Position numbers and translations under genes: made by a program | Origin: Barthelona sp. PCE | Taxonomy: Eukaryota | Assembly (NCBI GenBank): GCA_040285745.1 | Contig: JAUFOR010000002.1 | Span: forward strand, 2,046,001-2,110,000 | DNA length: 64,000 bases | Direction: 5' to 3' | Notes under the pieces: model-generated | Told to the model about the DNA's origin: nothing | The model's database searches: none | Seen by the model: the letters and a program-made list of their open reading frames with translations, nothing else | In this document: in pieces, positions 43,026-53,156 of the stretch | Layout: each line of letters begins with the position of its first letter | Position numbering within the stretch: position 1 is the stretch's first letter

Positions 43026-45480
43026 GCTTCCTGCTTGTACAGCCTTTGATTTGACAGGGAAAAATTTTTTCCGGGTTGATGGTAATTTCGCACATTTCTT
43101 TCCATGGACGAACGAACTGCGATACCATACCCCACACGGGTGTGGATGGGAGAGGTTGTGGTAACTTCTCTGATAGTAACACCGGTCCTAAGGGCCGCTA
43201 GTAAAATAATTTCTAACGCCGCTGCTGCTGACTGGGCAGGGACCATCTGTTCGACTGTGTGGCTCTCTCTTCCGATCATATCTATCTCAAACTTCGGTTT
43301 AGAGCGGGGGACTGTGTATATTATATCTTCCAGTCCCTCAAACACTGGTGTTGTATCAATTTTGTCTTCTCTCAGTTTTAAGAAGGGTGCCATTAACTTG
43401 GGCAGTCCCTGTCGTCTCGATACGGGCATAAACACTAAGTAGTTTTAGAGTGTTTTTCGAAACAAGTTCATTACCCGGATGCAGCCAACTGAGCGGCCGC
43501 TCTTGTCCTGTTTTGCTCTCGCTATGAGGGGGCTGGTATGGCCCGGCTCATAAGCGCTTGGGACGACAGAATTTAGAATTATAATCTCCTTTGGGGGAAC
43601 GAGCTCTTGAAGGAAGGTTCCCCTCGATTGTTTCCAGCAGACTGGCTCTCCACGCGAGGCCATGTCCGAAAGGTGATTAAGTACAGAGGGAACGTAAATC
43701 GCTTCCACAACAAGGTCCTTCTCTCGGCAGAATATTCTTGCCAAGGTCCGGGCAGCATCATTGGGGACAGTATTGCACGACGTTAGTTTGTACGTCGCAG
43801 CTACCACATAAGTGTTATCGCAATACTAAAACGAGATATCCGTTGGATAGCTTGGACCCGAGGCTGTGCAGCATAGCCATCAGGGGTTCCGTCTCTGCAT
43901 AAGCGATCGACAGTTTTGTTTTCTGGATCGCTTTCGCTTTATCTTTTGCTGATAGCATATTCAGCCTATCGATGAGTTCATTCTTGGCAAGATCAATGCC
44001 GCCTCCACTGCGAAGTAGCAGGTGTTCGAAACAGGTTTCGTCAACATCATCCGTTGCGAAAGCTGTGCCTGCGATACTTATTTTCTCTTCACTTACAGCA
44101 GCGTCACTTATTAAAAACCCGCTTTTTCCTGGTGGAAAGAAGGGGTTGTGGTGGAAAATCGTGATCGGCTAAACTCGCAAGGGTACACGCGAGGTGGTGT
44201 GCCTCGTTTGTACCAATGAATCCAAGTGGAGACCCGCTGGTAGGGTCTGTTGCCTTTGGCTGGGCCTCGATCTGGCCGTATTCATGATGCTGGACCTCCT
44301 TCAGGTCTTGATCGCCGATCGTGAGCGATCTCGTCATGAGCCACTTGGTTATTTTTCCAGGAATGCCATCTTTATCCTTTCTTCTTTTCTTTAGTGCTTC
44401 GTGTATGATGGCATTGATCGTAATGGCGGAGACATGTAGCTTTCTGCTAGCAGCTCTAAACGCCGTGCACTTCGATGCAAGTTCTACGAAGTCTTTTTTT
44501 TCCTTGCATGAAGCTTGTGGGCCAGTTCTTGAGCCCTTAGCGCGATCTTACGGCAATTAGCATCACTTGGTGCTAATGCCACTTTCATATTTGGATCGTC
44601 CGGCGGTCCAAAGGTAGATGTGATGGTGAAACCTATCACATCTAATTTCTTACATGGTTCGACAGATTTTTTCTTGTTGATAGTGATATCCAACCAGAAA
44701 CAGATTAGCTTGAGCAGACGCATGGCGTCGCTGGCACTACGGTATCTGCCTCTTCGATCTGGGGATTGCCATCCGAAAACATCGTCTATGTAGGCCCATA
44801 GTTGGTAACCTAGAGCACGCATAGGCGCTAGGGCTAGGTTCATCAACGCTGAGAATATAGCGGGGCCAAAACGTGACTCCGAAGCACAACTTTGTGCACC
44901 GGTAAAAGCCACCGTTGAGGGAAAATGTAAAGAACTTTTGAAAGTCTTCCGCAATGGGGATGAGATGGAAGCCGTTGGATGCATCGATGGAGAACAAATC
45001 ATCGTTCGGGTTTACCAGGTTAAATAACCGCACCTTGGGCAGTTCCATTGGGAACATGTTAAACATGTCGTTAATCGGGGTGCAATCAGTAATAATTCTT
45101 ATATCACTTACTGAGACATCTTCGAAGTACTCCTCAATGTCTTCTCGGCTGGCCCAGTCTTGGCTGAGGGCGACAATGGCCGATTGTTCGATGCCTTTGG
45201 GCACCACACCGATTTTAATAAAAGCTGTTTTTACGCCAACAGGAGGTTTCGACATTTCCCAAGCTGGGTCATGATCCAGCTTAACAAAGGCGTCGCTTTT
45301 TTCTATCTTTTCCTGTACTAGGAGGGAGATGAGCGATCCATCCTCAAACCAGTTTTCTTATGGACCGTTAAACGGTCTTTTACGGATTTGAGAAACGTTT
45401 TTTGATTACTCATGACGTGATGGGCGCTTATTCCGTGCGTCAACATCGATTGGAGGTTGGTGGAATGGTCGTCACTTAAA
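42998..45480 (-). pseudogene. Reverse transcriptase-RNase H (frameshifted)
   Basis: IRIITDCTPIN, SIDASNGFHLIPI, LCFG..GPAIF, AYIDD, IGFTI; RNase H LISDAA, IAYAE, YCDNTYV, VPSVLNHLSDMASR. Confidence 0.9.
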
Positions 45481-47807
45481 CCTGCGATTTTTTCATAGTA
45501 TCGATGCGTTGACGGGTTTGAAGAGGCGCATGTGGGATCGTCTGTAACGTATACTCCATGAATTTCTCTGCCTTGTCTAGATATATTCCTAGCTCTCGTA
45601 TTTTTAGGCCGGGGATAGCGTCCACAAGAGACGCTGGCGGAGATGGCTCAGCCCAACCAGTTAGGTCAGGGGCCTGTATACTTACTGTCTCACTCGCTCC
45701 ACGCTGGGGTTCCTCAATGCTGGCTGAGATTGGCCTGGCATTTTTCTGCACCGCAACGTTAAGGCGGTTTTGAACCACTCAGCACTCAGGGTAGGTCCTA
45801 CTGGGCCTACAACTGGGGATATGTGAGGTTGTGTTGGTGTTGGTGTTGGTGGCAACTCCTCAACAGGTTCTGGTGCGATAATGTGGGATTATAGGGATGC
45901 GACAAGCGCTATATCCATGTATAAGTCCCTATCGCGGGAGGCAGCCGCTAGATCTGCCTTAAGTTTGGGGATAATGACGCTTTTTTTCGTGCTTCAGCTT
46001 TACGCTTTCTGCGCCTTTGATCCTCCAATAAACCTCGAATTTCGAGAAAAAGGTGTCGTTATGCGGGCCAACTAGCGCCTCACGGTGCTGTGGCGGCATA
46101 ACAGATGCGGACAGTTTCTCAACTGGGATTTACAAGTGAGAGATTCGTCATCTCACTTTCTCCTGCCTACACTCTCCTGGATTGCTTGCGCTTAGGGACA
46201 TCAGGAGGGCGGGAGGTCGACGAATAGCGTCGAGGTGCTGGTAGGGGGGTTGCACAGGGGAGTTTATGACCCTCGTACAATCTGCCATAGATGTGGCGTC
46301 GGTTACCGAGATTTTTTCTCAAGGCCCTCATGAAACTAGACTTTTCATGGGTGACGCCACGGCCGATGATGGTGAGTAGGATGATCTTCATCAGGTACTC
46401 AGCCACTGCCTATGGCTACCGTCAGCTCCAGGACGCGGTGGGTTAGGACCACTGGGACTACCGTTTTTAGACGACTAGCGTGATACTGTCTTCTCTTTCA
46501 AGAATTTGAGGAGTTGCTGGGGAAGCTGACGCTCTCGTTCAAGGCTCTTTGCCGAGAGGAGCTGTCAGGGATGACCCCCATCCTGTCTAAAACGTCCGGG
46601 ATTCCCGGGGAGGACTTACAGCCGAGGTAGCTGCTGGTCCTGGTAGTGTCAAAAGTGGTTATTACGGATTTCTCACAGTTTTTTCAACGTGGTTTTCTAC
46701 GGATTTCTCACAGTTTTTTTTCAACGTGGTTTTTTAAGGATTTCTCACAGTTCTCAAGTGTGGTTCTTAAGGGTTTCTCGCAGTTCTTCCATTACTGGAG
46801 GAGCCTTCGGGCTTGGACTGCTATCAGCGAGGTAAGGAAATCATTCATCCTTACCCTGGCCTCTGGGTCTGTGCCCCCTTGTGGTGTGACCAAAGTGGGG
46901 CCTCAGGCTCCTCAGGCGCCTCCTCGACATATCGGGAGACGCCGCGAGATTTCACCTTGAACGTTGGGACAATCTCATCACGTACTTCCGCGACGTTACT
47001 CGCGGGCTTGAGGACTGCCTTAAAGGCTGCCTCGTCAAAGTCACTGGCCGCCTGGGGCTTCCTACGTGTACTTTGTGCTAGATGTCTGACGCGATCTAGC
47101 TGAGGAATCGCAAGCTCAAAGAGCATCTTGTTGCCCCTGGCTGTCTGTTGATGTCTACTGAGAGTAAAGAAGACGAGAAAGAGGTGGAAAACGTAGATTT
47201 ACGTTTCTTCCCTCTTTTGAGACTTACTATTTTATTTATTTTTAAACTATTGTGGGTGTAGGTACGAGGTACCTGCGTCCTCAGTAGGCTCGTCTTCTTC
47301 TGAATCCCACTCTGAAACTCAGTAAACACACTAGCAAGTTTTACTCCTTTGATAGAGTAACATGCACTCGAAGTAAGAATCATATCCCAAGCTTTTTGTG
47401 CGATTCCTGCACGCGACCTGGTAAGGTCGGCTGTTGCCTTTCTTATTATCCCAGCGGTGGCCTCCGCTGTGGGCATGCCCATAAAGAGGAGGAGTAACGC
47501 GTACTGCTCCCCTTTGCCGCCCTCGCTGCTGCCTCTGTCCCAAACCCGCTGGGGCTGGGCTCATTGTGGTTTAGCAGCGGTATTTCATCTACAGTGTGCA
47601 CCCAGGATGCCAATAGGACAGGTAGTACTATGCCGCTCAAGTGAAACGATTTCTTGAGCTTCCCGAGGTCTGGGGTGTCCCTGAGGCTGTACATAGTCTC
47701 AAAGGTGGCGACTACCATGTCCCTGGCCCTCAACAAGGGCTCCTTACAGTATGTTTTTAAATTTCAAAACTTAGATATTCTATTCCCTCATTTACATAAC
47801 CCGACAT
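45480..47807 (-). pseudogene. ORF1 / gag-like region (multiple frameshifts)
   Basis: Probable ATG at 47807 (MSGYVNEGIEYLSF); chain of overlapping ORF fragments upstream of RT. Called by position only. Confidence 0.5.
46657..46785. repeat. Degenerate ~31-36-bp tandem repeat x4 in ORF1
   Basis: GGATTTCTCACAGTT at 46666, 46701 and 46738, plus a variant at 46772. Confidence 0.8.
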
Positions 47808-47855
47808 TGAACAAAGGATTTAAATCTCAATGTATATCAATCTTTGACGGGTTTT

Positions 47856-47994
47856 TTTTTTGAATTCAGGAAAGAAATCGAAAAGCAGTTACTCGAGTCC
47901 GAGTAACTTAGCTAGGATTATTCTTTAACTCTCACTATCAGTGTATGTCATCTAGGTTTCGGGTGCATCAAGATTCCGATTGCCATCAACTACA
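47856..47994 (-). repeat. Split direct repeat A1 (139 bp), 5' end of the element
   Basis: Identical to 41566-41704. Confidence 0.95.
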
Positions 47995-48263
47995 GTTATA
48001 ATTTTGAATAAAATTATGGTCTAACTATGTAAAAAAAAGATTCATTTTTTAATTTTTTAAAAGATTAATATCTAAAAATTTAATTATTAGAATTGAAGAA
48101 ACATTAATAGTAAAGTCTTTTATAGTTAGTAGGCAGGTTTTTTTGAAATAGTTTATTGTGCTTTTATCTTTTAGATATTATACTGAAGTAGGTTTATTGA
48201 CGTCGGGGAACGCTCACGTGGGAAGGCTCGCCTTCACGTGTAGAGGGTGTTTCGTCCGGGAAG

Positions 48264-48559
48264 TGGCCTAAAACCCTTTTTTTTTTGAAAAAGGTAAGAA
48301 AAACCGTATCGGGTCCTACGGACACCTACTACACATGACGGTTCGCTTCGTCCCCCTCCGCTGTTTACTACCTCAAGTATAAAGTCTGAAGGCTAGCGCC
48401 TGTATGTCACCTGGCCTAAAACCTTTTTTTTTTGAAAAAAGGTAAGAAAAACCGTATCGGGTCCTACGGACACCTACTACACATGACGGTTCGCTTCGTC
48501 CCCCTCCGCTGTTTACTACCTCAAGTATAAAGTCTGAAGGCTAGCGCCTGTATGTCACC
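48264..48559. repeat. 148-bp tandem doublet
   Basis: TGGCCTAAAACC...TGTATGTCACC at 48264-48411 and 48412-48559, differing only in homopolymer lengths. Confidence 0.95.
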
Positions 48560-48602
48560 ATATTTACAATTAATGTGAACAATTTCAAAACATCACTGTC
48601 CA

Positions 48603-49577
48603 TCACTGATCAAAAACAACAAGATGAACACCTCCAGGATCGTCCTCACCTTCTTCAAATTTAATAACAAACTTGTTTTTATCCATTGCAATAATGTGGT
48701 CAACAAAATCGTAATCACCAATACGAGTTCTAAGATCCATATCGATCACGAAAGCTTCGTCAAATACAGAAAAATATGCTGATGCACCTACCATGATATT
48801 GAAATTAACATTAATATCATTGCTAGTCTTTTTCCATGTTTCAGACATTATATCAAATGAAACCCATGTTGGATTTCCATTTTCTAGTACAGTGAACGTT
48901 ATGTTATTCGTTTCTTGCCTGTAGACAGCAAAATATTTCATGGATAGTTTGACTTCGCCTTGCAGCTCGTAAGTATACTTTTCCTTACTTTCAACGTTAT
49001 ATATTATGGAATTAGTGCCCGGTATAACAAGATAACCAGCATGCACAGAGAAATGAGAAGAAAAATCTTCAAAAATGTGTAGTATTTCAAAATCTTCACT
49101 TTCTATTGTTGTTCTTGCAACAGCAACTTGGTTCACATCTCCATCCAGTGGCACACCGTTCATATAGATGTGATCGGTATCAACTACGATGTGCATGGGT
49201 TTTGTTTGAAAGGGATATCGATGAGTCTTTCTTGAAAAAACACCCCATTCAGTATTTAAAAAAAATACATCGTATTCATTATGATGGAAAAGCAGCAACG
49301 CGTGTGCTGAAGCAGAGTATTTAAGCTCAGACCAGAAAAGATCATTGGTATTGGCATTTAGTGGAAGTTCTATGTGCTCAATAATGTTTTCTGGGGTTGA
49401 GACCGATCTCATCTCAACAAAAAGGTTCCCGTCAGGTTCAATAGTATTATCATTTTCTTCATGGAAAGAAAGTACCAAAAATTTGTCATCATCAACAAAA
49501 GTAAGACCTGTTGCTGTTGGAAATTGTAAAACAACACCCGTTTGATTATCTTCAAAGGGTTCTATCTCAAAAAACAT
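48603..49577 (-). CDS. Hypothetical acidic beta-propeller-like protein
   Basis: 324-aa ORF with a beta-strand pattern. Confidence 0.65.
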   Translation of the reverse strand: MFFEIEPFEDNQTGVVLQFPTATGLTFVDDDKFLVLSFHEENDNTIEPDGNLFVEMRSVSTPENIIEHIELPLNANTNDLFWSELKYSASAHALLLFHHNEYDVFFLNTEWGVFSRKTHRYPFQTKPMHIVVDTDHIYMNGVPLDGDVNQVAVARTTIESEDFEILHIFEDFSSHFSVHAGYLVIPGTNSIIYNVESKEKYTYELQGEVKLSMKYFAVYRQETNNITFTVLENGNPTWVSFDIMSETWKKTSNDINVNFNIMVGASAYFSVFDEAFVIDMDLRTRIGDYDFVDHIIAMDKNKFVIKFEEGEDDPGGVHLVVFDQ

Positions 49578-50160
49578 AATAAACCGGAAAGAAAAGGAAT
49601 AAAAGATTCGTACAAACGATTCATAATAAAATAGTACTTGTGACTATACATTTACAGTTTGCTTGAGATCATTGAACAATAAAAACAACAATAAATAAAA
49701 GAAATGGGCAGAACAGAAAAAAGTAATAACAATTGCTTTGAAATTGGATACAAATTGCTTCTTGCGTTAAAAACCCTGTTATAATCATAAAAAAGCCCCA
49801 GAAAGCACAGCAAATTAAGTTTAAATTATCGATGAAAACAACAATTCCCTTCTTTTTGTTAATACAAGAATCTTTATATGTCTGAGCAGCACACACCATG
49901 CAACCGTATCTATCCAAGAGAATTGAAGGGTACTAACTTGAACATATAATCCCACTAAGTGTAATCGCCCTTAAAGCACATAATCAACGAGTTTTCGTTG
50001 TTTTATAACCCTAATTACATCATTTATATGCAAAACATAAGCATGCTAAAGAGATTGTTTTTTTGTTTAACTGAGAACTATTCTACTCTTTTGGTGGTAC
50101 TCACCGAACTTAACATTAGTAAAAACTAAGAGAAAATCCACAGCAATCCTTAAACATCCA

Positions 50161-50376
50161 CTATTCATTGAGAAATTTCTGTTCTTCATTAACAGTTGAA
50201 CGAACTACATGAGGGCACATTTCACGCTCATCTGCACAGATATCACATCCATTTTGAGTCCTGTAATCTTGAATTTCCCTTTGCAAACTCTCTATCTCAA
50301 CAATGACAATTCCTGGCGTTTGAAGAGGACTAAAGGGTGTTGCTGTTGTGGGAAGTGCGGGTTCTTCTGGTGTCAT
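50161..50376 (-). CDS. Possible small protein with CxxC...CxH motif
   Basis: 71-aa ATG ORF only. Confidence 0.3.
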   Translation of the reverse strand: MTPEEPALPTTATPFSPLQTPGIVIVEIESLQREIQDYRTQNGCDICADEREMCPHVVRSTVNEEQKFLNE

Positions 50377-50680
50377 TGAATAATACCTAACTATAGACGG
50401 GTAAAAAAGTTTAGCAGGGCTCTTCTAGAAAAGTATGAGCTCTGAATCAGTTTTTTGTGGACTACAAGAAAGAGTACACCCATTGAGTAGGTGAATGCGC
50501 CACGAAAATGATCATAAGTCTATTTCAGTCTGCGTCAGTTTTATCCGACTTATATGGGTTATTTGAAGGGCTGACATCGCGTTTTTGTACAAAGACGCGT
50601 GGTTGACGAGAAGGTCTTCCTCTTTCAGTCACTCCTTCGTGCTTTCTTGCTTATAACCATTTCTCTTTTTATCAAGAAGT

Positions 50681-51235
50681 ATGTCTTACGGATACCTAAC
50701 TCCGCAATCTAGTAACATCCACTTACACCCAGACCCTTCACTTGAAACACAAATGAATACCGAAATTCCTGAAACCATCGATGCCCCAGTTGAATCAAAG
50801 GTCGAAGACGCCATCTCACCCGACTATATTGTTCCCAATATCCTTGAGACCAAGCTTTCAGAGGAGCAGATGAAGATTATGATTCAGAACATTCAAACTC
50901 TCGTCGCTACTGTCCCAATGACGAACATCTTTAACCCTAGCCTGCCTGTCACCAATCAAGTTTTGGAAGAGAACTTACAACACTTCCAGAAGCTTTTCCT
51001 TGTTATGACTGGTCATATCAGGGATTCTGTTGATTCACAAGGTTATGTTCCCGACAACAACCTCGTCGCTGCTCCTGCTGTCCTTAATAATTCAAAGAAT
51101 CGTGGTCGTATTCGTCGTTATCGTCAAGAGAAGCGTAGATTCACTGGTCCTGATACTACCGTTTCAAACGCTAGGCGCCGTGCTGCTTTGGCCAAGCCCC
51201 GCGATGCCAAAGGTCAATTTATCAAGACAACCTAA
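50681..51235 (+). CDS. CCT-motif (CONSTANS/NF-YA-like) DNA-binding protein
   Basis: C-terminal RIRRYRQEKRRF...ARRRAALAKPRDAKGQFIK. Confidence 0.6.
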   Translation: MSYGYLTPQSSNIHLHPDPSLETQMNTEIPETIDAPVESKVEDAISPDYIVPNILETKLSEEQMKIMIQNIQTLVATVPMTNIFNPSLPVTNQVLEENLQHFQKLFLVMTGHIRDSVDSQGYVPDNNLVAAPAVLNNSKNRGRIRRYRQEKRRFTGPDTTVSNARRRAALAKPRDAKGQFIKTT

Positions 51236-51544
51236 GGTTTGATGAGTTGTATGTATTGTTGGAAATATTCTATCGTTTGTTGTTGTCAGTAGTCTTGTAA
51301 TGTTAAGGGATTCCCTTTTCTGTATTACTTTTTATTTCATAACTTTGTTTTAAAGATCATTGTGACTTAAATAGAAAAAATTGACTTTTTTCTTTATCCT
51401 TTTTCTTAATCATTAAATTCTTATAAAGCATCGTTGGAAAAGATCTCAATCTCATATACGTTGCAATCTACTGTCATTCAACATTCATATTTCTCTCGTT
51501 ACATACATATGTAGGATGTAGCAATAATAAAAAAAAAAAAATTT

Positions 51545-52069
51545 TTAACGTTGATAGTAATTATTTAGACCGTTTGAATGCTGCTTTGGTGGCCTGCGTT
51601 GCTGTTCTTGCTGTTGCCCATCATAATTGTACCTACTGTCTCTGACAGCTTGCTGCTTTCTAGGAGGGTGCCTTTGTGTCGGTCTTCTTTCCTGTCTGTT
51701 ATTGTACTGCCTTTCACGAGGACCACGGCTATGATTATTACGGTGCTGAAACGACCGTCCTCGCTCCTCTATAACGCTCACTGTTGAAGGTTGAGCAAGG
51801 CCACGAAGCTTACCTTGTTTTAAAATCTTTTTCTTTTGCAAATTCCATTTTAAGATATCTTCCTTAGTACAGTGCTTCATTTGGAACTGACAGAAATCCA
51901 TCCAGCTTGCAGGTGTGAATGAATAGTTAAAATAATCATCAATACTAACACCACGAAGATTCCATGGTGCGTTTTGTCCAAATAACTCTTCAAAATTCCA
52001 TAAATATATGGGGACCCCCTCGAAAAGTGGCATGCTATACTCTTCCCCAGCATATTCAGCCTCAGTCAT
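51545..52069 (-). CDS. FIP1: Polyadenylation factor Fip1
   Basis: PWNLRGVSIDDYFNYSFTPASWMDFC matches the Fip1 motif. Confidence 0.85.
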   Translation of the reverse strand: MTEAEYAGEEYSMPLFEGVPIYLWNFEELFGQNAPWNLRGVSIDDYFNYSFTPASWMDFCQFQMKHCTKEDILKWNLQKKKILKQGKLRGLAQPSTVSVIEERGRSFQHRNNHSRGPRERQYNNRQERRPTQRHPPRKQQAVRDSRYNYDGQQQEQQRRPPKQHSNGLNNYYQR

Positions 52070-53156
52070 TGTAAATAAACTGTTGAAAAGGAAAATGTTT
52101 GTGATATCAGCTTTGTAAAGCTTTTTTTACAGAAAGATCGGCCTATAAATAAGTATAGGAGTTGATCGAGTGAAAAGTTTGGGGTGACAGCTTACATTTG
52201 CATTTTTGCATTTATTTGCAAGCTATGCGAGAAGGATTTCATTCAGCATTTACATCATTGAATATTTTGTGCTGGGGAAGGTCTGAGAGTGGGATTATAA
52301 CTTAAGTTATGTCTTGTAATTAGGCGTTTTCTAAAAGAAACTCTACTCTGTATCATTTGTACTTTTACGAGTATTAAATATAGCTGTGAAGCTTCGGCTG
52401 AGCTGATTAAAGGAGTATTGGGATTGAAAACACCACATTTGATAATTCAGTACAATCAAGTCGACTCCACGCGAGTTAACTCAATTCGGACTACTCTTTC
52501 CTTTAATCTTAATTTTTTTGTGTTTATTAATAAAATGAGTGCTTAATTTTTTGGTTGTTGATATTTGTTTATTGTATTTGGTTTCTTATGGCTCATCATA
52601 TATGTAAGTTACAGGGTACTCTTGAAAAGATATACCAATTCTGTTTAGTCAGATAAAAACGCCAAATAGCTGGAATTCTCATTGGGAGTAAGCACGATAT
52701 TCATAGTACTGCTTTTATGTGGATAAATATTACTTCTATTGTACTTTTTTGAAAAAAGGTACCACATATTAAGGGCAGATATCCAAATTATACTAAAGGA
52801 ACAAAAACACGTATGAAGCCGTTCAATCTGCTATAAAGACAAACACATTTATATCATAATGTGGTTAAAACTGTTTACGTTGAAAAAATACAAAATGTGA
52901 ATTTCTTCCTTAATTCAGTTTTATATCATCTATATCAGCAACCATAACACACACAAATCCAAATCACACACTGATGTATTTGAAATATGAACATACGGTG
53001 TTTTTAGAAAATATAAACTCAATGTAGATCAATACACACTTTTTTGACGAATTTGAACAAATAAAATTGTAGGACACACGTCCCTGTCAACGTGGTAATA
53101 TTAAAAACTCGTTACACATTCATAACCCATTTCGTGTCTACTAACAACAAATTTTA

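Larger units (their letters stand above)
41182..47994 (-). mobile_element. Tyrosine-recombinase retrotransposon (DIRS order; Ngaro/PAT-type split direct repeats), ORFs disrupted
   Basis: Sense order A1-ORF1-RT-RNaseH-YR-B1-A2-spacer-B2; RT YIDD, RNase H SDA/CDN, YR R..HAIR..GGW..Y; no target-site duplication seen. Confidence 0.9.

Noticed and set aside
48295-48360. Group II intron domain V or ribozyme core (AACCGT...ACGGTTC)
   Set aside because: Spacing too long, no GNRA-capped D5 geometry, and no hammerhead or HDV core recognisable in any of the repeat units.
49620-50040. Small membrane protein (ORF 49669-49917)
   Set aside because: Listed ORF has a non-ATG start, stops lie just upstream, and hydrophobicity is explained by T-rich composition.
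52100-53150. Gene or ncRNA in the 1-kb gap before CBF5
   Set aside because: Only short broken frames and a low-complexity T/A palindrome; possibly a decayed gene but unsupported.
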